Origin: Heterodontus francisci
Lineage: Eukaryota
NCBI RefSeq assembly: GCF_036365525.1
Contig: NC_090404.1
Span: 1,984,001 to 2,048,000, forward strand
Direction: 5' to 3'
Length of the DNA: 64,000 bases
Part shown: one piece after another, positions 27,561-38,289 of the stretch
Position numbering within the stretch: position 1 is the stretch's first letter
How the letters are laid out: every line of letters starts with the position of its first letter
Position numbers and translations under genes: made by a program
The notes under the pieces: generated by a model
What the model was told of the DNA's origin: nothing
What the model saw: only the letters and a program-made list of their open reading frames with translations
Database searches by the model: none

Positions 27561-27702
27561 TCTTTACTTGCCTTGGCCTCTGGATTATTGTCCACATACA
27601 TAACCACTACATTACCATACCTCTGTCATTAGTGTTGAACTTGTCTGACTCTTGTCATGTTTTTAAGTTATGTTAATATTGGATTCAGGCCCAGGATCCT
27701 AC

Positions 27703-28014
27703 CTTCGATGTTCTTCACCTCCTTGCTGGTTTTGTAGCTGGAAGGTGGATGAGACACTGTACAGGTGAAGCTTGAACCTTTCGTCCACTCCTCTGTACTC
27801 ACAGTCAGGTAGTGAGTGACACTGAATGTTCCCTCCTGTTCCAGAGCGGTGAGTCCAGCGCGGGTGTTGGATGTGATCGGAGCACCGTCTTTCTCCCAGG
27901 AGACGTGTATGAGGTCCGGGTAGAATCCAGTGATCACACACTCAAGGGTGGCCGTGCTCTCATTCTTGGTCTCTGGTGGAGGCAGTAATCTGACCATGGG
28001 ACTTTTTGGCTTGG
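27703..28014 (-). CDS. IgW: IgW constant exon C4
   Basis: TTCCAG|CC ... AAG|GTAGGA, 312 nt, phase 1/1. PKSPMVRLLPPP..ATLECVITGFYPD..VSW..EEWTKGSSFTCTVSH. Confidence 0.92.
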
Positions 28015-28103
28015 CTGGAACAGACAGGTAAAGAAAGAAGGTGTTAAACTCCTTCCCTCAAGATTAACAAAGCCAAGCATTTAATTTCTGATCTCTTGCC
28101 CAC

Positions 28104-28406
28104 CTTTTACATTCTTTACCCGTTTTGACACGGGTGAGGACGAGGAAGCACTTTGGGCAGAGCACACAAATTCCACTCCGCTGCCCCACTCCTCCGCACT
28201 GGTTCGGAGTTGGCTGATGATGATGTATTGAGTCCCTTCCTCTGTTGGGCGCTGAGTCGTTACCCCTTCACTTCTCTTCTTCCTATTCACATTCCAGGAG
28301 ATTTGGACCTTGCTCGGATCAGAACAGACCACTGTACACACCAGGGTAGCAGTCTTGTTGATCCAAACCTCTTCAATAGAAGGCTTTTGAATAAAGAGAG
28401 ACATTT
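28104..28406 (-). CDS. IgW: IgW constant exon C3 (first C exon present)
   Basis: TCCTAG|AA ... AAG|GTGGGC, 303 nt. MSLFIQKPSIEEVWINKTATLVC..ISW..EEWGSGVEFVC. Domain numbering is inferred from resemblance to IgW C3/IgNAR C2. Confidence 0.9.
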
Positions 28407-28724
28407 CTAGGAATAGGAAAGGTTACACATCAGAAGAATTGACATTGTCTGGTGTCACCAAGCTTCAGACTTTTACAGGAAACCTTCCTGATCATAAGCG
28501 ATGGAAGGTGAGGACAGAAGTGACTTTAAACTGAACCGATAATATCTTGAGCTGATACTGGATCAAGCCACTTGCCATCTAAATTTGTCACAAATTGAAC
28601 ATTCGAAAATCACAGGGTTATTTAAACAATGTCTTTCAATTCTTGATTTTCAAGTTTTGACCGAGAAAACATAATCAGAGCATCAAGAATCCGACGGATC
28701 TTTTTTGAACCCGTTTGTCCATTT

Positions 28725-29115
28725 TTAAAATTAATTCATGAGATGTGGGCGTCGCTGGCCAGGCCAGCATTTATTGCCCATCCCTAATTGCCCTAACTGA
28801 GTGGCTTGCTAGGCCATTTCAGAGGGCATGTAAGGGTCAACCACATTGCTGTGGGTCTGGAATTACATGTAGGCCAGACCAGGTAAATACAGCAGATTTC
28901 CTTCCCTAAAGGACATTAGTGAACCAGATGGGTTTTTACAACAATCGACAATGGTTTCATGGCCATCATTAGACTGGCTTTTTAATTCCAGATTTATTAA
29001 TTGAATTCAAATTCCACCTTCTGCTGTGGTGGGATTTGAACCCATGTCCCCAGAGCAATACCCTGGGTCTCTGGGTTACTAAGCCAGTGACAATGCCACT
29101 ACGCCACCACCTCCT
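28725..29115 (-). mobile_element. tRNA-headed SINE with LINE-derived tail
   Basis: Minus strand begins ggtggtggcgtagtggcattgtcactgg..gggttcaaatccc (A/B boxes) and ends with the gggcaattagggatgggcaataaatgctggc LINE tail. Absent from the paralogous intron. Confidence 0.7.
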
Positions 29116-29364
29116 GTCCTAAATATGAGCAAAAGGTTCACAGTGAGGACTAGAATGGAGTTGTTGGGCTGAGCAACATTTAGATGTGACAATGTCAATA
29201 AAATGCAATCTTCAGTTTGTGAAATGGAGTGAGAGAGAGATCCAGACTGCTTAACAAAAGAAACAATTCAATAAATGCTTTTTCACTCACAGCCCATGTG
29301 TGGGGCTGTGGATCGATTGATAACTGAATCAATGAGGAGTCCTTTCCTTTTAGACAGGTCAGTT

Positions 29365-30215
29365 GTCATTCAGTTCGTAGCACTTTTACCCCACAGGTCG
29401 AATGTTCTGGGTTCAAGTCCTGCTTGAGCACAAAAATCGAAGCTGACACTCCTGTGTGGTAGTGAGGGAGTGCTGCACTGTCAGAGGTGCTGCCTTTTGG
29501 ATAAGGCATGAAACGAAGGCCACATCCTCCTCCTCATGTGGATATAAAAGGTCTCAGGCACTATTTTGAAGAGCAGGGGAGTTACTCCCGGTGTTCTGGC
29601 CAATATTTATCCCTCATTCAACGTTTCAAAAACAGAATACGTGGTCATTATCACATTGCTTTTTGTTGGGGCTTGCTGTGCATAAACTGTCTCCCACATT
29701 TCCTACCTTACAATAGTGACTACAATTCAAAAGTACTTCATTGGCTGTAAAGATCTTTGGGATGTCCTATGTTTGTGAAAGGTGCTATATAAATGCAAGT
29801 GTTTTCTTCCTTTCTCTATTTGGATTGTCTCAATGTTAAAATTCTTATCCTAATGTTCACATCTCGCCATGGCCTCACCTCTCTCTATTTCTGTAATCTT
29901 CTCCAGCCCAACAACCCTCCGAAAACTCTGCCCAACTCTGGCCTCTTGGACATCCTCTGCTCCCTTTGCTCCAGTATTGGTGGCCATGCCTTCAGCCGTC
30001 CAGTTCCTAATCTCTGGACCTCACTCTCTAAACCTCAGTGACCTGTCACCTCTCTCTCCTCCTTTCGACAGTCCTTAAAATCCCTCGCTTTTGTTCGCAT
30101 GTCCAAATATCTCCTTTTTTGACCCAGTGTCAATTTTTCCCTGGTTTAACTCCTGTGAACCACCATGGGACATTTTACGACATTAAAGGCGCTATATAAA
30201 TGAAAGTTGTTGATG
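29365..30215 (+). mobile_element. Deu-domain SINE followed by an L2-type 3' fragment
   Basis: gagggagtgctgcactgtcagaggtgctgcc core. Tails aaaggtgctatataaatgcaag and aaaggcgctatataaatgaaagttgttg. Confidence 0.7.
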
Positions 30216-30658
30216 ATGATTCCCTGTCAAGGAAGATGGTTAGTTTGCAGTGGCAGAACAACCCTTGAATCAGAAGAAGTAACAGAAGTCCACCTCTTTC
30301 TGCAGGTTAGGGATCGTTTCTACACAACATGTACTTCACCCCTCCCAGTTTCATTTTCATTGGACTGGGAAGATAATGATTTATTGAATTCTTCACATTT
30401 TCTTCTTTGCACTAGTCTCCTAAAGGACCATCGCCACTTGAAATATCCCACAGCTCACTGTGTGTTCTGTATACTATCAACATCTTCATCCCAGAGCTGT
30501 TACTCGGCACTGTTTCCTCTTTTTCAACTAATATCTTCAAAGAAAGTTGTTCACACATCCGGATTATTGAATCAGGATCTGATTTATATCCACTGGACAT
30601 GAGGTAAAAGCCGGTGATATCATCTGAAGAGTCCAGTTCAAATAGCTTTCATGTGGCA

Positions 30659-30697
30659 GGTTTTTGAATGAAGGGAGCCCCCATCTCTCACACTGTG
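30659..30697 (-). promoter_or_regulatory. 23-bp-spacer recombination signal sequence (23-RSS)
   Basis: Perfect heptamer CACAGTG (30697-30691), 23-nt spacer, nonamer TCAAAAACC (8/9 match). Confidence 0.95.
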
Positions 30698-31005
30698 CCA
30701 CCCAGTATATCTCGCACAGTAATACATGGCAGTGTCCTCAACTCTCAGATTATTCAGTTGTAGATAGGCGGTGTTGCCGCTCTTGGAAACTTCGAATCGG
30801 CCTTGAACTCCAGATGCGTAATACTTGCTACCAGAAGAAGCTATAACCGCGACCCACTGCAGCCCTTTCCCGGGGACCTGTTTCGCCCAGTGCATGCCGT
30901 AGCTGCTGAGGCTGAACCCACTCACTCCACAGGACAATTTGTGAGACTCCCCGAGCTTTTTCACAGCTGAATCGGGCTGGGTCAACACGATATTGGACCG
31001 GACAC
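30698..31005 (-). CDS. IgW: IgW VH exon with a D-like 3' extension (probable germline-joined VD)
   Basis: AACAG|[52 protein letters not shown] then YTGW before the heptamer. Both Cys and the Trp are conserved; no stops. Confidence 0.93.
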
Positions 31006-31125
31006 CTGTTAATAAAAGAGAAAAAGAAGAGTTCACTTTAATAAACCCGTTGTATAAACAGAGGGTTAAAGAGTCTGCGAATAAGCAGCCGCACTGTGAG
31101 GGAATAAAGCTGCGGGACCACTCAC

Positions 31126-31171
31126 CGGTTAGACAGGCCAGAAGGACACAGAGATAAGGAGCAATCCCCAT
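31126..31171 (-). CDS. IgW: IgW leader (signal peptide) exon
   Basis: [19 protein letters not shown]|GTGAGT, 46 nt, phase 1, with a 120-bp intron to V. Confidence 0.93.
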
Positions 31172-31254
31172 CGCCCTGTGTATTCACCCAGACTCAGACA
31201 GACCAGAAATCGGCTGCTTCAGGGCGGCTTTGTTTGGATCTGGAGTCAGTGCTG

Positions 31255-31262
31255 TTTAAATA
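31255..31262 (-). promoter_or_regulatory. TATA-like element of the VH promoter
   Basis: TATTTAAA about 85 nt upstream of the leader ATG. No ATGCAAAT octamer nearby, as expected for shark VH promoters. Confidence 0.4.
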
Positions 31263-31898
31263 GGGAAGCGGAGTGAGTGAGTGAGTGAGGGTCCCACAGT
31301 TTAAACAGCAGCTCCACCCACTGAAACCAGAGGCACAGCTTCCTGTCCCCGCCTCCAGCAGAGATTTCAATTCTCTTCAAATTATTGTCACCGTTGGTTC
31401 TTTTGCCTTTCACCTGAAATCGGTGTCATTTGGATCTCGACTCACCAATGGTAACAGTTTCTCCCTCACTGCTGTGTCCAGATCCCGCATGATTTTGAAC
31501 ACTTCGATCAGTAAACCAGATGCCTGGATTAATAACCCAGAGAATGTGAGTTCAAATCGCACCACAGCACTTTGAAAAACTGAATTCAGTTCAAAACTAA
31601 ATCTGGAAATAAAAAACTCAATCAGTAAAAGTGACCGCAAAGCCGTAAAATTATCATTAAAATTCCAACTGGTTCACTAACTCCCTTTGGGGAACCTGCC
31701 GCCCTTCCCCAGTCCAGCCTCCACGTCACTCCAGTCCCAACACCAACCTGGTTGCCTCTGAAGTGAACGAGCAAGCCATTCAGTTTGTATAAAATCACTG
31801 CTAGTGATTCAAGACAAAGGCCCATTACATTCCCGGGACAATTAGGGACAGACAATAAATGCTGGCTTTGCCTGCGGCACCCACATCCCGAGAATGAT

Positions 31899-32258
31899 GG
31901 GCGGCACAGTGGCGCAGTGGTTAGCACCGCAGCCTCACAGCTCCAGGGACCCGGGTTCGATTCCGGGTACTGCCTGTGTGGAGTTTGCAAGTTCTCCCTG
32001 TGTCTGCGTGGGTTTTCTCCGGGTGCTCCGGTTTCCTCCCACAAGCCAAAAGACTTGCAGGTTGATAGGTTAATTGGCCATTATAAATTGTCACTAGTAT
32101 AGGTAGGTGGTAGGGAAATATAGGGACAGGTGGGGATGTTTGGTAGGAATATGGGATTAGTGCAGGATTTAGTATAAATGGGTGGTTGATGTTCGGCACA
32201 GACTCGGTGGGCCGAAGGGCCTGTTTCAGTGCTGTATCTCTAATCTAATCTAATCTAA
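31899..32258 (+). mobile_element. HE1-type V-SINE, young full-length copy
   Basis: tRNA head ggcacagtggcgcagtggttagc..gggttcgattcc, V-domain gtgtggagtttgca..gggtgctccggtttcctccca, CR1-derived tail gggccgaagggcctg, and (taatc)n. Confidence 0.9.
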
Positions 32259-33514
32259 TGAATAAAAACAGAGATATTCAGATGGAAGGTGGATTATATA
32301 CTGATCATGAGTTGTCTCTCCCAGTATCTAGACAATAAGTTTTACATTTGTCTGGATATTGGGTCAGACACCTCTCACCATTGTGTTAGAAACCCCTTTG
32401 ATCTCTGTCAGTCTGTGAGAGGAGCAGGTCTTTTGATGCAGAGCTTTTGGTAACAGAACACAGACACCACGAGGGTCAGTCGGGCTTTTGAAAACCGAAG
32501 GTTCCTCAGTTAGGTGGGCAGCCAAATGCTGCTGGAAACACAATTCTGGACACCACACTTCAGGAAAGGTGTAAAGACCTGAGAAAGAATACAGAGGAGG
32601 TTTACCAGGATGTTACCAGTGATGAGGGACTTCAGTTCTGAGGAGAAGTTGGGAAAGTTAGGCTGTTGACTTTGGAAGGTCTGGAATTCCCTCCTTAAAA
32701 CTCTCTAACTCTCTCCTCTTTTCAGACACTCTTTAAAACTTAAGTCTTTAACCAAACTTTTGGTCATCCCACCTAATATCTCCTGATGTGGCTTGGTGTT
32801 AAATTTCATTACATACCATTCCTGTGAAGCAGCTGGAAGTGTGTTATTACATTAAAGGTGCTATATAAAGACAAGTTGTTGTTGTTGTTGGAACAGAGAA
32901 GGTTAAGAGGTGCCCTAACAGATGGGGAGAGGTTTTGATTGGATAGATAGAGAAAAACTGTTCCCTCTGGTGAGTGGGTCAATAACCAGAGGCCATAGAT
33001 TTAAAATCATTGGCAAAAGATCGAGAGGGGAGATGAGGAGAAATGTTTTCACTTTGAGAGTTGTTGGGATCTGAACTCTTTACCTGATAAGGTGCTGGAA
33101 GCTGATTCCATAAATAATTGGAAAAGGGAATTTGATATCTACTTGAGGAGGAGGAACTTACAGGATTACAGAAAAACAACAGGGATGTGGGACTAAGATC
33201 CAGCACAGACACGACAGGCTGAATGGCCTCCTTCTGTGCTGCATGGTTCTATGATTCTAACTCACAAATCAAAGTTCACCTTCTGAGTTTTTCCAGAAAT
33301 TTCTGTTTTTATTTCACCTCCCTTCATGGTAACCTGCATTCACAGAGTGGCTTTCACAACCTCAGGACATCCCAAACCTCTTCACAGCCAATGAAGTGGG
33401 AACATTATCACCTACAAGTTCCCCTCTATGTCACACACCATCCTGACTTGGAACTATATCGCCGTTCCTTCACTGTCGTTGCATCAAAATCCTGGAGCTC
33501 CCTTCCTAACAGCA

Positions 33515-35982
33515 AGTGAGAGTAACAGGGTAGTTGTTATGGGGGACTTTAACTTTCCAAATATCGACTGAAATACTATAGTTCGAGTACTTTAGATGGG
33601 TCAGTTTTTGTCCAGTGTGTGCAGGAGGGTTTTCTGACACAGTATGTAGACAGGCCAACCAGGGGCGATGCCACATTGGATTTGGTACTGGGAAATGAAC
33701 CCGGCCAGGTGTTAGATTTAGATGTAGGTGAGCACTTTGGTGATAGTGATCACAATTCGGTTAGGTTTACCTTAGCGATGGGCAGGGACAGGTATATACC
33801 GCAGGGCAAGAGTTATAACTGGGGGAAAGGAAATTATGATGCGATTAGGCAAGATTTAGGATGCGTAGGATGGGGAAGGAAACTGCAGGGGATGGGAACA
33901 ATCGAAATGTGGAGATTATTCAAGGAGCAGCTACTGCGTGTCCTTGATAAGTATGTACCTGTGAGGCAGGGAGGAAGTTGTCGTGCGAGGGAGCCGTGGT
34001 TTACTAAAGAAGTTGAAGCGCTTGTCAAGAGGAAGAAGAAGGCTTATGTTAGGATGAGACGTGAAGGCTCAGTTAGGGCGCTTGAGAGCTACAAGCTAGC
34101 CAGGAAGGATCTAAAGGGAGAGCTAAGAAGAGCAAGGAGAGGACACGAGAAGTCATTGGTGGATCGGATCAGGGAAAACCCTAAGGCTTTCTATAGGTAT
34201 ATCAGGAATAAAAGAATGACTAGAGTTAGATTAGGGCCAATCAAGGATAGTAGTGGGAAGTTGTGTGTGGAATCAGAGGAGATAGGGGAAGTGTTAAATG
34301 AATATTTTGCGTCAGTATTTACAGTAGAGAAAGAAAATGTTGTTGAGAATACTGAGATTCAGGCTACGAGGCTAGATGGGATTGAGGTTCACAAGGAGGA
34401 GGTGTTAGCAATTTTGGAAAGTGTGAAAATAGATAAGTCCCCTGGGCCAGATGGGATTTATCCTAGGATTCTCTGGGAAGTTAGGGAGGAGATTGCAGAG
34501 CCTTTGTCCTTGCTCTTTATGTCGTCATTGTCGACAGGAATAGTGCCGGAAGACTGGAGGATTGCAAATGTTGTCCCCTTGTTCAAGAAGGGGAGTAGAG
34601 ACAGCCCTGGTAATTATAGACCTGTGAGCCTTACTTCGGTTGTGGGTAAAATGTTGGAAAAGGTTATAAGAGACAGGATTTATAATCATCTTGAAAAGTA
34701 TAAGTACATTAGAGATAGTCAGCACGGTTTTGTGACGGGTAGGTCGTGCCTCACAAACCTTATTGAGTTTTTCGAGAAGGTGACCAAACAGGTGGATGAG
34801 GGTAAAGCAGTGGATGTGGTGTATATGGATTTCAGTAAGGCGTTTGATAAGGTTCCCCACGGTAGGCTATTGCAGAAAATACAGAAGTATGGGGTTGAAG
34901 GTGATTTAGAGCTTTGGATCAGAAATTGGCTAGCTGAAAGAAGACAGAGGGTGGTGGTTGATGGCAAATGTTCATCCTGGAGTTTAGTTACTAGTGGTGT
35001 ACCGCAAGGATCTGTTTTGGGGCCACTGCTGTTTGTCATTTTTATAAATGACCTGGAAGAGGGTGTAGAAGGGTGGGTTAGTAAATTTGCAGATGACACG
35101 AAGGTCGGTGGAGTTGTGGATAGTGCCGAAGGATGTTGTCGGGTACAGAGAGACATAGATAGGCTGCAGAGCTGGGCTGAGAGATGGCAAATGGAGTTTA
35201 ATGTGGAAAAGTGTGAGGTGATTCACTTTGGAAGGAGTAACAGGAATGCAGAGTACTGGGCTAATGGGAAGATCCTTGGTAGTGTAGATGAACAGAGAGA
35301 TCTTGGTGTCCAGGTGCATAAATCCCTGAAGGTTGCTAACCAGGTTAATAGGGCTGTTAAGAAGGCATATGGTGTGTTAGCTTTTATTAGTAGGGGGGTC
35401 GAGTTTCGGAGCCACGAGGTCATGCTGCAGCTGTACAAAACTCTGGTGAGACCGCACCTGGAGTATTGCGTGCAGTTCTGGTCACCGCATTATAGGAAGG
35501 ATGTGGAAGCTATGGAAAGGGTGCAGAGGAGATTTACTAGGATGTTGCCTGGTATGGAGGGAAGGTCTTACGAGGAAAGGCTGAGGGACTTGAGGTTGTT
35601 TTCGTTGGAGAGAAGGAGGAGGAGAGGTGACTTAATAGAGACATATAAGATAATCAGAGGGTTAGACAGGGTGGATAGTGAGCGTCTATTTCCTCGGATG
35701 GTGATGGCAAACACGAGGGGACATAGCTTTAAGTTGAGGGGTGATAGATATAGGACAGATGTGAGAGGTAGTTTCTTTACTCAGAGAGTAGTAAGGGCGT
35801 GGAACGCCCTGCCTGCAGCAGTAGTAGATTCGCCAACTTTAAGGGCATTTAAGTGGACATTGGATAGACACACGGATGAAAATGGAATAGTGTAGGTCAG
35901 ATGGTTTCACAGGTTGGCGCAACATCGAGGGCCGAAGAGCCTGTACTGCGCTGTAATGTTCTAATTCTAATTCTAATTCTAA
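33515..35982 (+). mobile_element. Young 5'-truncated CR1 LINE with an uninterrupted 758-aa RT ORF, nested in the 3' end of an older LINE
   Basis: ORF 33619-35895: [47 protein letters not shown]. Tail (ttctaa)n. The host sequence ccttcctaacagca|..|tagcactgtggg resumes after it. Confidence 0.95.
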
Positions 35983-36215
35983 TAGCACTGTGGGTGTACC
36001 CACCCTACATGGACTGCAGTGGTTCAAGAAGGCAGCTCAGCACCACCTTCTCATGGGCAGTTAGGGATGGGGAATAAATGCTGGCCTAACCAGTGATGCC
36101 CACATCCGATGAAATGAATTTTTAAAAAGTACTTTTTGAAGTGTAATCACTGTTGCAGTGTGGGAAAGGCAGGTGTCAAATTGCACACAGCAAAGTTCTG
36201 CAAACAGCAATGAGA

Positions 36216-37972
36216 TTTTTTTTTTATTTCCAAAATATACTTCATTCATAAAAATCTGTAAAAATTACATTGCCAAACAGTTTCAAACAGCACCAAAAAA
36301 TACAAACGTTGCAAGGGAGATCAGTTTCCTTCGATACTATCGTGAGTTTCTTCACAACCCTTCCATTTCACAATTTTCCTGCCAATTACAGTTTTACATT
36401 TACAGCAATTGAGAATATTAACGATACAGTTCAAGGGGTTTCCCATGGATCCAGCCCCTCCGTTCAGCTTGGTGGCGGGACCTTACACTGTGGTCTTTCC
36501 CCATTGAGCCTTTGCTGCGGCTGCCCCAAGCTTTAGTGTGTCCCTCAGCACGTAGTCCTGGACCTTGGAATGTGCCAGTCTGCAACATTCAGTGGTGGAC
36601 AACTCTTTGCGCTGGAAGACTAGCAAGTTTCGGGCAGACCAAAGGGCATCTTTCACCGAATTGATAGTCCTCCAGCAGCAGTTGATGTTTGTCTCGGTGT
36701 GCGTCCCTGGGAACAGCCCGTAGAGCACAGACTCCTGTGTTACAGAGCTGCTTGGGATGAACCTCGACAAAAACCACTGCATCTCTTTCCACACCTGCTT
36801 TGCAAAGACACATTCCAGGAGGAGGTGGGCAACCGTCTCTTCCCCACCACAGCCACCGCGGGGGCATTGTGCGGAGAGGGCGAGACTTCGGGTGTGCATG
36901 AAGGATCTGACGGGGAGGGCCCTTCTCACCACCAGCCAAGCTACGTCTTGGTGCTTGTTTGAAAGTTCTGGTGATGAGGCATTCCGCCAAATGACTGTGA
37001 CGGTCTGCTCGGGGAACCATCCGACAGGATCCACCGTCTCCTTTTCCCGTAGGGCCTTGAGGATATTCCGTGCAGACCACTGCCTGATGGACCGGTGGTC
37101 AAAAGTGTTTTCCCGCAGAAACTGCTGCACGAAGGATAGGTGGTACGGCACGGCCCAACTGCATGGAGCGTTCCGCGGCAATGTGACCAGGCCTATCCTT
37201 CGCAACACCGGGGACAGATAGAACCTCAGCACGTAGTGACACTTGGAGTTTGCGTACTGGAGGTCTACACACAGCTTGATGCAGCCGCACACGAAGGTGG
37301 TCATCAGGATGAGGGACACGTTGGGTACATTTTTCCTGTCCTTGTCCAGAGATTTGAACATCGTGTCCCTCCGGACCCGGTCCATTTTAGATCCCCAGAT
37401 GAAGCGGAAAATGGCTCGGGTGACTGCCACAGTGCAGGAGTGGGGTATGGGCCAGACCTGCACCACGTCGAGCAACAACGTGAGCGTCTTGCACCTGATG
37501 ACCAGGTTCTTACCCCAATGGAGAGAGATCGCTGCCCCCACATGCCCAACTTTTGTCGTACCTTGTCTACTCGCTCCTCCAGGTTTTGGTGCATGCCCCG
37601 GCCCTTCCGAACCAGATCCCCAGCACCTTCAGGTAATCTGACCTGACGGTGAAGGGGACAAAGGATCGGTCAGCCCAGTACCCAAAGAACATGGCCTCGC
37701 TCTTGCCGTGGTCAACTTTGGCTCCCGAGGCCAGTTCGAACTGGTCGCAGATGCTCATCAGTCTGCGCACAGACAGCGGATCCGAGCAGAAGACGGCGAC
37801 GTCATCCATGTACAGGGAGGTTTTGACCTGAGTGCCTCCGCTGCCTGGGATTGTCACCCCTCTTATGCTCACATCCTTCCTAATAGACTCAGCAAAGGGT
37901 TCAATACAGCAAACAAACAAGACCGGGGAGAGAGGACAGCCCTGTCTGACTCCAGATTTGATCGGGAAACTT
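36216..37972 (-). mobile_element. 5'-truncated Keno-like Tx1-clade LINE with poly(A), interrupting a Deu-SINE
   Basis: GVRQGCPLSP, LYMDD, C-terminal CPRGGCGGEETVAHLLLEC zinc motif. Near-identical to 56430-57057. Confidence 0.92.
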
Positions 37973-38289
37973 CTGACCAGATAATCTAGTTTTAATGATG
38001 TTGTTTGAGGGATAAATGTTGGCCCAGGACACTGGGAGAACGCCCCAGCTCTTTTACATCCACCTGACTGGACAGACAGGGGCTCACTTTAACATCTGAT
38101 CCCAGAGACAGCACTTACGATGGTGCAATGCTTCCTCAGGACTGCACTGAGAGTTTTAGCCGAGATTATGGGCTCAATTCTGTGGAGTGGGACTTCAACC
38201 ATCTGAGTCAGAGTCAAGAGTGATACCATTGAGCCAAGGCTGAGGTGATACAGGCACGAAGGTCATGAGTGTCGGGTGTGGTTCACAAG

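Noticed and set aside
30456-30462. Lone CACAGTG heptamer (minus strand) downstream of V as a possible D RSS
   Set aside because: No nonamer at 12 or 23 nt and no opposing heptamer.
30590-30625. ITGFY-like peptide suggesting a C-domain remnant
   Set aside because: Only five residues, with no flanking Cys/Trp pattern in any frame.
30685-30693. Cryptic donor in the RSS allowing direct V-to-C3 splicing
   Set aside because: The good donor (AGT|GTGAGA) is phase 0 and out of frame with C3; the phase-1 option (A|GTGTGA) is weak. Not supportable without reads.
30638-31171. 177-aa single ORF through the leader intron and RSS
   Set aside because: The 120-bp intron has canonical splice sites and is merely in frame; the real structure is leader exon plus V exon.
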